DNA from: Sulfolobales archaeon HS-7
Lineage (GTDB): Archaea > Thermoproteota > Thermoprotei_A > Sulfolobales > Sulfolobaceae
Assembly (NCBI GenBank): GCA_019704295.1
Contig: AP024596.1
Location: forward strand, 1,664,001 to 1,728,000
Length of the DNA stretch: 64,000 nucleotides
Direction of reading: 5' to 3'
The notes below the pieces were generated by a model, which was not told where the DNA came from, searched no databases, and worked only from the letters and a program-made list of their open reading frames with translations. Both the position numbers and the translations under genes were made by a program. Below are positions 20,132 to 30,240 of this stretch, one piece after another (position 1 is the stretch's first letter; every line of letters begins with the position of its first letter).

Positions 20132-21173
20132 AATACTCCTCCATTTCCTCCTTGAGTGTTTCTGGTAAAAATGAGAACACGTTAAACATCGACTTCGGAT
20201 CTGGAACGAATTTATCCGCAGTTTCTACGGCTTTGTTTAAAGCCTCCTGATGTTTTTCCCATAATTCCTTCTCCTTCTCGCTATCCCATAATCCCTTTTT
20301 CTCCAGGAACTTCCTCATTCTATCTATTGGATCTCTTCTCTTCCACTCCTTTTCCTCCTCCTTAGTTCTATATAAAGCAGGATTATCAGATGTAGTATGA
20401 AATGCCATCCTGTAGGTGATCGCCTCAATTAACATAGGTCCTTCACCTATTGTATCTATGGCGTCCTTCACTGCCTTGTAAACGCCAATTACGTCATTCC
20501 CGTCGACCTGTATTGCCCTTATACCCGCCGCTACTGCTTTCTGAGCTAGAGTTTTTGCAGCTGTTTGTTTACTCCTTGGGGTAGATATAGCGTATTGATT
20601 GTTTTCTATTATTGTAATAAGAGGAACCTTAAGAACGCCGGCGAAGTTCATTCCCTCGTAAAAGTCACCTTCTGATGTTGCTCCATCTCCTACAAATGTC
20701 AAAACGACCTGTCCGTCATTTCTAAGTTTTAATGCGTAAGCCACGCCAACAGCATGAGGTATCTGGGAACCTACGGGGACAACCACTGGAAAACCATGGA
20801 CTTCTGGAGGGATTTCTAACCCCTCCTCGAACCCCCTCCAAGATAGCATGTATTTCTCGATAGGTAATCCCCTCATGAAGTAGATAACGTGTTGCCTATA
20901 ATTAGGTACGAAGTAGTCCTTATCTCTGAGTGCAGAAGCAGCACCGACCTGCACGGCTTCTTCGCCCATAGCCGGGGCATAAGTTACAGCCCTCCCCTGT
21001 CTCTGTAACGATATAAGCTTATTGTCAAATGCCCTAGATAGCGTCATGTAATAATACATTTTCAATAACTTATCGTCGGATAGATCATGAGGATAAAGTT
21101 TCTCATCAATATTTCCGTTTTCATCAAGAACCTGTTGATACATTATTTCTGTCTGGAATATTTTCTCAATCAA
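20109..21173 (-). CDS. pdhA: 2-oxoacid dehydrogenase E1 alpha
   Basis: TPP motif GDGATSEG...NNQYAIS; HTTSD. Confidence 0.92.
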   Translation of the reverse strand: MIEKIFQTEIMYQQVLDENGNIDEKLYPHDLSDDKLLKMYYYMTLSRAFDNKLISLQRQGRAVTYAPAMGEEAVQVGAASALRDKDYFVPNYRQHVIYFMRGLPIEKYMLSWRGFEEGLEIPPEVHGFPVVVPVGSQIPHAVGVAYALKLRNDGQVVLTFVGDGATSEGDFYEGMNFAGVLKVPLITIIENNQYAISTPRSKQTAAKTLAQKAVAAGIRAIQVDGNDVIGVYKAVKDAIDTIGEGPMLIEAITYRMAFHTTSDNPALYRTKEEEKEWKRRDPIDRMRKFLEKKGLWDSEKEKELWEKHQEALNKAVETADKFVPDPKSMFNVFSFLPETLKEEMEEYFGDGNEG

Positions 21174-21320
21174 ACCGACTCAAGTACTTATTCACGAACT
21201 AGTATTTTATGTTTAATGCGTCCCATTATCTATATTATTAATGTAGTAGTTACAGATGAATAAAAACGATTATATTAATAATATAATTTCTACCACATTC
21301 AATAGTTCTAGTTGTCTCAA

Positions 21321-21461
21321 TTATTTCTTGGTATATCTTTCAGGACTTTTTTTGAACTCGGCCATACACAGGGGGCTACAGAATACGTATTCCTTTCCAG
21401 CGTAATTAAGTTTATATTTATTAGTAAATACTTCTTCTCCACATACGGGATCTCGTGCCAT
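21321..21461 (-). CDS. YHS/TRASH metal-binding small protein (46 aa)
   Basis: Not in ORF track. MARDPVCGEEV...YVFCSPLCMAEFKKSPERY. Confidence 0.85.
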   Translation of the reverse strand: MARDPVCGEEVFTNKYKLNYAGKEYVFCSPLCMAEFKKSPERYTKK

Positions 21462-21706
21462 ATCTACTGTTTTGCTAAACGGTTTATTAGTATTACGTAA
21501 ACTGCCCTATAGATAGAGATTTCTAATTCCAAGCTTCACTATAGGTAAAGAAATTCGTAGATATTAAGGTTATCATGGAGATCTCCTCAAAATGTCAAGG
21601 AAAGAGGTTACAGTTCTAATCCAAAATATTTGTAAAGAGAAATAGAGGTGTCTGTTCGTCTTAACTAAGCTTCGGCATCCCCAACCCCAATCAAGATAAA
21701 GAAAAT

Positions 21707-22432
21707 TCAAGATAGTTTCCAAAGCTTATCTCTCATCTTCACTACATCACCTACTACTATAACTGCTGGTGATTTGACGTTATTTTGAGAAATTACCTTA
21801 TCCATATCGTTCAGTGAACAGATGAAAACCCTTTGAGATTCCAGTGTTGCATTTTCGATCACAGCTACGGGTTCATTGGCACTCCTAACCTTAAGGAGGA
21901 CGCCTCTGAGTTGTGTGAATTTATGTATTCCCATTAATATAACGAGAGTTCCCTTACTGGGAATATAGTCAGGTTCTATAACCTCGTCTCCCTTCCTGGT
22001 GGCGGAAATTATTGATACCGCAGGCGAGTACTGTCTTCCAGTTATCGGAATTCCCGCGTACGTTGGACCTGCTATAGCACTGGTAACTCCTGGAATTACT
22101 TCACATGGTATTCCCTCATTAATCACTCTCTCACACTCCTCTTCTCCTCTACCAAATACGTAGGGATCTCCTCCCTTAAGCCTGACGACAATTTTGCCTT
22201 CCTTCGCGTGCTTTATTATGAGCGAAGTTATTGTCTCTTGTTTTTCTGCCTCACCTATGTTTTTCCCGGCGTAAATTAGGAGAGCATCACCCCTAACGTT
22301 AGACAGTATCTTCTTATCTATTAATCTGTCGTAAATGACTACTTCTGCCTTACGTAAAGTTGACAATCCCTTTACTGTTATAAGTTCGGGATCTCCAGGA
22401 CCAGCTCCCACTAGGTAAACAATTCCACCCAT
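21707..22432 (-). CDS. cobA: Uroporphyrinogen-III C-methyltransferase
   Basis: VGAGPGDPELIT, RLKGGDPYVFGRGEEE, PGVTS. Confidence 0.93.
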   Translation of the reverse strand: MGGIVYLVGAGPGDPELITVKGLSTLRKAEVVIYDRLIDKKILSNVRGDALLIYAGKNIGEAEKQETITSLIIKHAKEGKIVVRLKGGDPYVFGRGEEECERVINEGIPCEVIPGVTSAIAGPTYAGIPITGRQYSPAVSIISATRKGDEVIEPDYIPSKGTLVILMGIHKFTQLRGVLLKVRSANEPVAVIENATLESQRVFICSLNDMDKVISQNNVKSPAVIVVGDVVKMRDKLWKLS

Positions 22433-22739
22433 TACTTTAATGAGAGGATTACGAACGACAATAAAATTACTTCATCTCAATAACTGGATGGTAAGAGTTA
22501 ACAACGTGTGTCATCAGTTAACTATTCGCATGTGGACGTAGCCCTCTATTTACCTTGAAGGGAACAACAGTTCCTAGGAGTCGTCCGAATTTCGTTCTCC
22601 TAAGGATATTAAGGAAGACTTGTAGCCCATAACTACAGTTGAACCACCGTTAGGGAGAAAACATAAGTTTGGCCGACGTCAAATCTTCCCTGATGTGACC
22701 GCACCTAGCCGCGTAGTTCGAGTATATGCCAGATTCGTG

Positions 22740-22797
22740 ATGATGAGTCCCTTACAATTTTCTAAGTTGATACTCCGTCATATTCCTTTTGTTCTGA
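22740..22797 (+). ncRNA. Possible degenerate C/D box sRNA
   Basis: Perfect C (ATGATGA) and D (CTGA) spanning 58 nt; internal D'/C' weak (CTAA / TTGATAC). Confidence 0.3.
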
Positions 22798-22982
22798 CAT
22801 CTCTAGTAAGGTCGCATGTTAGGTACTTACCATTTTATCTGACGATATTTCTTTACATCAATATCCTAGAAAGAATATTAACAATTCGAATAGAGTAAAT
22901 GAGTTATGCTCACCAAACTAATCTTCAGCTCCCTTAACCCTCATCAAGATAACCTTTTATACAATAATAACCCCTTCACAAT

Positions 22983-24323
22983 ATGAAATACGAAGTTCTG
23001 GTAATTGGTGGTGGAGGCGCCTCCTATCCAGGGGCATTTAGACTTTCAAAAGCAGGTAAAACGGTAATAATGGCAGACCCTAAGGGAGTACTTGGTGGAA
23101 ACTGTCTCTATCAGGGTTGTATTCCTTCGAAGACAATTAGGGAGATGGCCGAATTGCACCTAAGATCGAAAAGGTTTTTCGCTAACATCTCGCCCAATTT
23201 CGAACTCATACAAGATCATAAAGATAAAGTTCAGGAGAAGAGATTTAAGCAACACGATGAGGAAATAAAGGAGAATAACGTCGAGTTCGTAAAAGGAGAG
23301 GTTCAAGTTACTGGGGATAAAACCGCTAAGATAATAGGAGAGAAAGAAGTTGATGTTGAGTTCAATTACTTAATTTTAGGCACGGGAAGCGAACCGTTTG
23401 TCCCAAGAATACCTGGAAGTGAGCACTGTATAACCAGCGACGATTTATACAAGTATAAAACCGAAATAAGGAAATTGCCATCATCGATGGTAATAATAGG
23501 AGGTGGATACATTGCTCTTGAAACCGCAACCATATTCAAGGCCTTAGGTACGGAAGTGCACGTTTTGGTGAGGAGCGATAAAATCCTACGAAGTATAGAT
23601 CAACGCCTAGTCGAGATTCTGAAAAAGATGATTGATCCTGAAATTGACATCAAGTTTAACTCCCCAGTGCTAGAAGTAGAGAAAAATGGAAATGAGTTAA
23701 AGGTAACATTTTCTCAGAAAGGAGAAAAAAAGGAGATAATTACAGAAAAGGTTGTCATGGCTACGGGAAGAAAACCTGTGCTCCCAAAGGGATTTGAAAA
23801 ATTAGGCGTTAAAGTATCTCAAAAAGGAGTTGAGGTGGATGAGAGTATCAGGACCAACATACCTTACGTTTTCGCACCCGGTGATGTTAATGGAATATCG
23901 CCGTATTTCCACTCAGCTGTAAGGCAATCACTTGTTGCATCGCGAAATATACTTACTGGACGAAATACCGATTTCGTTAACTTCTCCTCAATTCCGGTCA
24001 CTGTTTTCACAATTCCTCCCATCGCATATGTGGGTATTATTACAAACAGAGATAGTTCGGTTATAGAGGCCTCTTATAAATTTGAGAGGGATTCGAGAGC
24101 TCAAATCTACGACGAACTCGAAGGTGAAGTTAGGCTATTCTTCGAAAAGGGAAGCCTAAGAGCCCTGGGAGGATGGGTGGCGGGAATTGACGCTCCGTCA
24201 TTAATAAACGAGATAGGATATGCAGTCCATAACGGGCTAACAGCCAAGCAAATGGCGGAATTTGCAGATCAGCACCCCATGTCGAATGAGTCTATAACGA
24301 ATGCGGTAAGGAGCATTATCTAA
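22983..24323 (+). CDS. Pyridine nucleotide-disulfide oxidoreductase, dihydrolipoamide dehydrogenase-like
   Basis: GGNCLYQGCIPSK, GGGYIALE, HPMSNE. Confidence 0.88.
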   Translation: MKYEVLVIGGGGASYPGAFRLSKAGKTVIMADPKGVLGGNCLYQGCIPSKTIREMAELHLRSKRFFANISPNFELIQDHKDKVQEKRFKQHDEEIKENNVEFVKGEVQVTGDKTAKIIGEKEVDVEFNYLILGTGSEPFVPRIPGSEHCITSDDLYKYKTEIRKLPSSMVIIGGGYIALETATIFKALGTEVHVLVRSDKILRSIDQRLVEILKKMIDPEIDIKFNSPVLEVEKNGNELKVTFSQKGEKKEIITEKVVMATGRKPVLPKGFEKLGVKVSQKGVEVDESIRTNIPYVFAPGDVNGISPYFHSAVRQSLVASRNILTGRNTDFVNFSSIPVTVFTIPPIAYVGIITNRDSSVIEASYKFERDSRAQIYDELEGEVRLFFEKGSLRALGGWVAGIDAPSLINEIGYAVHNGLTAKQMAEFADQHPMSNESITNAVRSII

Positions 24324-24349
24324 TTTTTTTAAAAAATTTTTTAAAAAAA
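24324..24349. terminator. Palindromic T7A6T6A7 tract between convergent genes (likely bidirectional oligo-T terminator)
   Basis: 26-bp AT-only palindrome directly after the 24323 stop. Confidence 0.5.
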
Positions 24350-24366
24350 AATTGGTTTTTAAAATA

Positions 24367-27300
24367 CTACTTCCTTCTTAACGCAAACACAATACCCACA
24401 ACGGCTATTATTAACGCGATCACTGAAAGCCCTAGCGTTATGTAGAAATCCTGACGCGCTTGATTAGCGAGTTGAGTTTTGGCGGAGTTCAACGAATTCG
24501 TTAACTGTGTCACATTTGCCGATAACTGACCTTCTATAGAGGTGATCCTGGAGTTTTCCGAGGCTAATTGATCCTCCACGTTTACCTCAACCACCTTATG
24601 AACAGTTATACCGTCTGCCTGAGTTACGTACACTACAAGTTGATAAGTACCGTCGGGTAACCCATCAGTGCTTATCTGCAAACTGTAACTACCGTTAGTC
24701 GGATAAGATGTAATTAATTTACCATCGAAGTATACAGAGACGTTACTAACGTCGGTACCGAGAATCGTTATGTTTACTGGTAGCTGATAGGTTACGTTAT
24801 TAGGATAGGTTATGGTTATGTTAGGTTTACTTGGAGATAGTTCCTTAACATGGGAATTTACCATCTCAATTTTAGAGTTTATGAGGACAACGTTATTTAG
24901 AATTGTGTTGGAGAGGTCCAAGGTCGAATTATAGGCCACTATTAAGTTTCCTGACCCTCCTGTTATAGATACATCGGAATTCCTTATAACGAGGGAACTC
25001 ACATTACTATTCTCTATGACCAATCTACTAGCGTTGACAGTGGTATTTAAGAACACATCGTTGGTGAGAGTACCATTAAATTGTATAGTGTCATTGAGGA
25101 AGAAGATTCCTGACGTTACTGGAATCTCCCCTATTCTCTCGGATGAGATTATCGAGTATGGCTGTACGTCAAAAGTCATCGAATTTCTCAGGGATGTAGG
25201 CGTTGAGTAACCTAGAGCACTTATTCCACTTATCAATACTTTATAAGGTCCTGCAAACTCATACGGTTTAGCATAAATGGATAGACTACTAGCCGAAAAA
25301 GGTGACGGCGTGGTAAAGTTGCCAACCCACTCGTTTAATGATTGGTTGAACCATAGGGGAACTTCAACGTATTGAGATATCCCAGAGTAGTTAAACAAGT
25401 CAACTTTAGGCAAAATTGTAGCTGAAAAGATTCCATACTTTACCTCTGTTCCGTTAGGATAAGTGATGTTCGCCATTATGAGAACTTTTTCTCCTTGATA
25501 TGGATAGAAGGTTGAAAGTGACGATTGAACTGATAATGGTCCGGAACTGACGTATATCTGACCGTAGAAGAATCCATTTATCTCCATACCTAGTGTAGAT
25601 GAATTATAGGAGGAGAACAAAAGAACGTCGTAGAGCCCTGGTGACGCACTAATTGGAACCTCTAATTGCCCGTAATACTCACCTGAACTCAATACATTAA
25701 TCACATTTTTAGCAACGACCTTTCCGTTTGATGATACTAATTCGGCAGTGAGGTTACTTCCCATCTGCACAGCGGACGCTAAAGGCAGACCCGTTGATAG
25801 CGAAAGTTGTGTAAGGGATGGCGGGGGCGTTAACGTTCCTACTATTGTTATATTCCCCCCGGGGTAAACTGAGCCCGGTTCTGCTACTACCTGAGGAAGT
25901 ATAAAGAGACTCTGCAAATCTACTCCGTTTACGAGATTTTCGTAACCGAAAATCGAATTTCCCATCAACATTATGTCACCAACGGGGATATTTGTGGGGA
26001 TTTCTCCCACCCATAGCAATCCAGGCGTTCCAGGTATAATTGTTGACGCAGGCACTGCTGTTAGAGGTATAGTAGTTATTTGTGTATAAGTATTTGTGGT
26101 AATATTATATGAAAATACACCAATAGACGGAGAGAACGTAGGGAGAGGCTGAACGCCAGTAACAGTGGATATGTTGACTATAACCACTTGGTTCCCAAGC
26201 TGGCTAACTATCTCAGTTAATGGAGTAGGATTGATGAATTGTGAGTAATATCCTGAGAAAGTTTCGAACATGCCTATGCCGCTTTCACCAGACGACGAAC
26301 CGTATACAAGCACGTCCGTAATCCCCGTATCATTTAAAGGCACTATGATATTCGCGACCCATTCGTGCAGGGAAGGCACGTATTCCATAGCAACAGTCGT
26401 TAGGTTCCCCTCAGTGGATTCCAACGTTGCGTAAAACTTTCCCGATATGACAGGAATTCCGTTTACAGATATATTCGCCTGAACGTACATAGTTTCTCCT
26501 GGAAGGAATTGGAATGGAATTTGTCCTGTTGAGTTCGTGGCTGCTACTTCTATCGTTAGGGAGTGAGACTGTGTCGTCAAAACATACGACGCTAGCTCTC
26601 CCGCATTTATAGCCCCCCATCCATTTACCAAATTATAACCGTAACTATCAGTCCAAGGAATGTTATATCCGAAGGTTATTGGTTCAAATACGTGAGGATA
26701 TAGCGATGCGTTATCACCTATCTGATATAGAAGGGGATTTAGCATTCCGAATGACGTGTTTACATAACTCATTATAGTCACTAAGAGTCCAGCAGTTAGA
26801 GGTGAGGCTTCACTCGTCCCCCCTGATACGCTCGTAATATTACCAGGACATACTATAAATATGCCAGGGAAAATATCAGCATTAGCCGAAATATCAGGAT
26901 CCGACCTACCATAAGGATAAGATGGAGGGGTAGTGATCGCGAACTGGTAATAGGGTTTAGGTTCAATAACACTAACACCCCCCGTTGAACCACCGTAGTT
27001 TACAAAGTTTGGGACAAAACCGTAATTAGACCAGGCTGTTTGATAGAAACTGCCGTTAGGGAACTGTATGTAGGTAGTGGTACCCCCAACAGATGTAACG
27101 AAAGGCGAGGTATCGGGGTATCCCACTGTGCCTAGGGGACCGAAACTGTATCCGGAACCTCCAGCATCCCCTGAAGCTGCTAGAAAGGTAATGCCCTCAG
27201 CACTTCCTAATGCGTAATAAATATCCGAGAAGTAAACACACTGATAGAAAAGTTGAGAGGGGAGTTCAGGATAGATCGATTCGTCAGTGGAGAAGCTCTG

Positions 27301-28290
27301 AGATAATACCTGAACGTAATCCTGCTGATCTACTGTAGCTATGGCTAATGGAAGAGGTGTAGAACCACTTGCTATATAAAGGTTGATAGAGGCCTTGGGG
27401 GCCATCGTATGAGATATTTCCACATCAAGGCTAATTTCTCCAGCCCAACCTTCCACCACACCCAATTCAGGATTGTAAACTCCTATAGGAGTAATGTTGA
27501 ATACCCGAGGATTGGGCAATCCAGTTAATTTGTCATAATAATGAAGTTGTTGAACTATATAAGGATCTCCGAAGAAATCCAAAATCCCTATACCTTTACC
27601 TTGGCCCATGAATCCCTTGTTGAAAAGGTAGGTTAAGTTGTATACTTTCGTTAGCGCTGTCCCCCAGTATGCAGAAGCTGGAAATGTCTGATTTTGCAGA
27701 ACGGTCTTCTCAAAGTTGAGAATTTCCTTTTCCGTTATCAGCGTTGTAGGATGTTTAAATAGTATGCCGGATACATTACTCGCTATTACGAAAACATCAG
27801 GAAATTCTGTTCTACCAATTCCGAAGTAATACGTTGCAGACCCGTTAGAGTAAAGGTAAACCGAGCCGTGAAAATACTCCTTAAAGGAGCTAACCTTTCC
27901 CGATACCATTATTACCGAGTCCGCTGCAGTTGAGATAACATTTAAGTGTTCTGACGAGATAATTGATAGGATTTGCTCATACCTCTGAGTTGGATAGAAT
28001 ATAGCCTGTTCCTGGGATTTGGTTAGAAACTTATGATAAAGAGGTGATGAGGGGTTTGAGACCTGTTCGGCGTAATAATACAGGAGGTTAAGATTTCTTG
28101 GTTGAATGTATATAGTAAAAGTTATATATGAATTATAAGGGAGCGAACCAATTTGTTTAAATCCAGGCAAGGCTCCATTAACGTTTTCAGAAGGTAGGGG
28201 GTATGAATTAACTTGATATATTGAAAATGTTCCTAAAAGGGATATTATTAGTAGAGATGTTATTAATAATACGCCGTAACGTGACAACAT
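24367..28290 (-). CDS. Membrane-anchored S53 (sedolisin) serine-carboxyl protease
   Basis: Signal peptide, prodomain, EISLD, ASGDAG, GGTSEASP; C-terminal coiled coil, TM and RRK. Confidence 0.9.
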   Translation of the reverse strand: MLSRYGVLLITSLLIISLLGTFSIYQVNSYPLPSENVNGALPGFKQIGSLPYNSYITFTIYIQPRNLNLLYYYAEQVSNPSSPLYHKFLTKSQEQAIFYPTQRYEQILSIISSEHLNVISTAADSVIMVSGKVSSFKEYFHGSVYLYSNGSATYYFGIGRTEFPDVFVIASNVSGILFKHPTTLITEKEILNFEKTVLQNQTFPASAYWGTALTKVYNLTYLFNKGFMGQGKGIGILDFFGDPYIVQQLHYYDKLTGLPNPRVFNITPIGVYNPELGVVEGWAGEISLDVEISHTMAPKASINLYIASGSTPLPLAIATVDQQDYVQVLSQSFSTDESIYPELPSQLFYQCVYFSDIYYALGSAEGITFLAASGDAGGSGYSFGPLGTVGYPDTSPFVTSVGGTTTYIQFPNGSFYQTAWSNYGFVPNFVNYGGSTGGVSVIEPKPYYQFAITTPPSYPYGRSDPDISANADIFPGIFIVCPGNITSVSGGTSEASPLTAGLLVTIMSYVNTSFGMLNPLLYQIGDNASLYPHVFEPITFGYNIPWTDSYGYNLVNGWGAINAGELASYVLTTQSHSLTIEVAATNSTGQIPFQFLPGETMYVQANISVNGIPVISGKFYATLESTEGNLTTVAMEYVPSLHEWVANIIVPLNDTGITDVLVYGSSSGESGIGMFETFSGYYSQFINPTPLTEIVSQLGNQVVIVNISTVTGVQPLPTFSPSIGVFSYNITTNTYTQITTIPLTAVPASTIIPGTPGLLWVGEIPTNIPVGDIMLMGNSIFGYENLVNGVDLQSLFILPQVVAEPGSVYPGGNITIVGTLTPPPSLTQLSLSTGLPLASAVQMGSNLTAELVSSNGKVVAKNVINVLSSGEYYGQLEVPISASPGLYDVLLFSSYNSSTLGMEINGFFYGQIYVSSGPLSVQSSLSTFYPYQGEKVLIMANITYPNGTEVKYGIFSATILPKVDLFNYSGISQYVEVPLWFNQSLNEWVGNFTTPSPFSASSLSIYAKPYEFAGPYKVLISGISALGYSTPTSLRNSMTFDVQPYSIISSERIGEIPVTSGIFFLNDTIQFNGTLTNDVFLNTTVNASRLVIENSNVSSLVIRNSDVSITGGSGNLIVAYNSTLDLSNTILNNVVLINSKIEMVNSHVKELSPSKPNITITYPNNVTYQLPVNITILGTDVSNVSVYFDGKLITSYPTNGSYSLQISTDGLPDGTYQLVVYVTQADGITVHKVVEVNVEDQLASENSRITSIEGQLSANVTQLTNSLNSAKTQLANQARQDFYITLGLSVIALIIAVVGIVFALRRK

Positions 28291-28498
28291 ATTTCGTCCT
28301 GTGTTGTTAAGATAACCTTTTATAAATACTTAATGGTATTATACTCTTTTATACCCATTCTATCATATCCCGCGGCTTTCTCTGAATATAAACAATACTT
28401 CCCTGAATTTCACGTTAGCTGTTGTTAACAGTTTCCGATGAAACATGAAGTTTATGTACTTTATATATAAAAAATATTTTATAAATTTTCTCATCAGA

Positions 28499-28637
28499 TT
28501 TGGATGGGCTTTCCCAAAAGGTGACAGGGCACAAGATGTGCGGGTTTTCCCACATCTATGAGCGGGTGTGGGTTATCCCGCTAAAGAGATAAACAATAAA
28601 CTGGGCAAAGCTCCGTAACTTTGCTGAAGTCCAAAGC
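28499..28637 (+). mobile_element. IS200/IS605-family tnpB 3' end / omegaRNA-like remnant
   Basis: 28533..28592 reads KMCGFSHIYERVWVIPLKR*, resembling the Sulfolobales TnpB C-terminus as I recall it; hairpins AGATGTG/CACATCT, AGCGGG/CCCGCT, GCAAAG/CTTTGC. Confidence 0.6.
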
Positions 28638-29903
28638 TTACCATCCAGTCCTAAGGTAGTTCTTAAGTTCCCAATCAGTAACATAGGAGGAAAAGTCCTT
28701 AAGTTCCCTTTCTTTTAGAGTTAAATATGTAGCTATCGTAGCATTACCGATAGCGTTAATTACTAAATCAGTCCTGAGCTCCTCCAGTGCACCGTCAAGA
28801 CTCTTGGGGTAAGAGTTAAGGGGTATACCCGGTGTAACCTTGTGATCCGGCTTCCCATTAAATCCAGCATGCAATATTGAGGCTAACGCTATGTACACAT
28901 TGAAGAGGGGATCGGCTGCTCTAAATACCAAGCTAAGCCCATGCCTATATTCGTAAGACGTTGACAGTATAAAGTTTTTACCCTTTCCTATTCCCGCTAT
29001 CATCTTGTTTTCGACGAGTCTCTTATAGGAATTTATCGTAGGCATTGAAAAGGCCATTATTGCAGGTAAATGATGTATAATTCCCCCAACGAAATCATAC
29101 GCTGCTTCCGACAATCCCACACCATTCGGATCAGACCTGTTCTCCAAGAGATTTTTTCCTTGCGAGAGTAATGAGAGAGAGACCTCTGCGTAATTACATG
29201 GATAATTATGAAACGGCTTCGGCATAAAGGTAACTGCCATACCGTGCATATTCGCAATTTCTGTAATTACCTCCTTAGCCTTTACTACGTAGTCCGCCCC
29301 TGTCATAATATCAACGGGAAGAAGTTTAACCTCGTATTGTCCAGGACCTAAGCTTTTCGTAACCCGCTGAACTGGTACCCCAAGAAGTTCAAGATTTTTC
29401 ATCATGTTCTTCAACACTTCCTGTTCTATCAATAAACCTTCTGGGGAGTACGCTTTTGCAAAATCTGCAGGAATAACCTTTCCCTTACTTTCCTTAAGTA
29501 AATAGAATGAAAGGGTAAACGATGCTACAATGTTGATTCCCTCATCATCGGCTTTATTGACTACCCTTTTAAGTATTCCTCGAGAACAATTCGGATGAGG
29601 CGTACCGTCTTCGGATGTAATGTACGATAAAACGCGTGAAGTTCTTTCTAGATAGGGAATTATAGTAAAGCTAGACGCATCGGGCAGTGCTACTATGTCC
29701 GAATCACTTTCCTTTATCGGCCTATCGGCGTAATCCCTCGTCAGCACATCGTCTGGAAAGACGAAACCCACGTCAAGGTTTTCCTCAAAATCTACCCTTC
29801 TTAGGGATTTGCCTCTTACGTTGCCTAAAAGATCTACTAATTCTAATCTCACGTAGTCAACTTTAGCCGTTTTTAATATCTCTAGCATTTCTTCCTTTGA
29901 CAT
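28638..29903 (-). CDS. Glutamine synthetase-like protein with degenerate active site
   Basis: GS architecture (DLLGNVRGK, TFMPKP, NSYKRL) but most catalytic residues substituted. Confidence 0.85.
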   Translation of the reverse strand: MSKEEMLEILKTAKVDYVRLELVDLLGNVRGKSLRRVDFEENLDVGFVFPDDVLTRDYADRPIKESDSDIVALPDASSFTIIPYLERTSRVLSYITSEDGTPHPNCSRGILKRVVNKADDEGINIVASFTLSFYLLKESKGKVIPADFAKAYSPEGLLIEQEVLKNMMKNLELLGVPVQRVTKSLGPGQYEVKLLPVDIMTGADYVVKAKEVITEIANMHGMAVTFMPKPFHNYPCNYAEVSLSLLSQGKNLLENRSDPNGVGLSEAAYDFVGGIIHHLPAIMAFSMPTINSYKRLVENKMIAGIGKGKNFILSTSYEYRHGLSLVFRAADPLFNVYIALASILHAGFNGKPDHKVTPGIPLNSYPKSLDGALEELRTDLVINAIGNATIATYLTLKERELKDFSSYVTDWELKNYLRTGW

Positions 29904-29979
29904 AAATCCTACAAAATAAAATATAACATATATTATATAACTTTATCATTATGTGACGGTGCTATTCGATAATCAACCT

Positions 29980-30225
29980 TTACCTAAATCCGATCCCGTA
30001 TAATAAGGAACCTGCGTATTTTACTGCAAGCCCGTATTCCGTGAAGAGCCCAATCTTCGCATTGCTACCATTCTGCTTTAGGGTCACTATGTAGAGGTAA
30101 ACTCCTTTTCTTCGCCTTCTTGAAAACGTTACCACATATGTACCATACTGTATTTTCTTCTTCTGGGAAGCATAATATCCAATCTGCTCTATTAGTATTT
30201 TATTATATTCGGAAGGATCTATCAA
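29980..30225 (-). CDS. Small basic hypothetical protein
   Basis: 81-aa ORF downstream of nfi on the same strand. Confidence 0.55.
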   Translation of the reverse strand: MIDPSEYNKILIEQIGYYASQKKKIQYGTYVVTFSRRRRKGVYLYIVTLKQNGSNAKIGLFTEYGLAVKYAGSLLYGIGFR

Positions 30226-30240
30226 TATTAGGATAATTAC

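Noticed and set aside
22695-22898. 67-aa ORF
   Set aside because: No recognisable features
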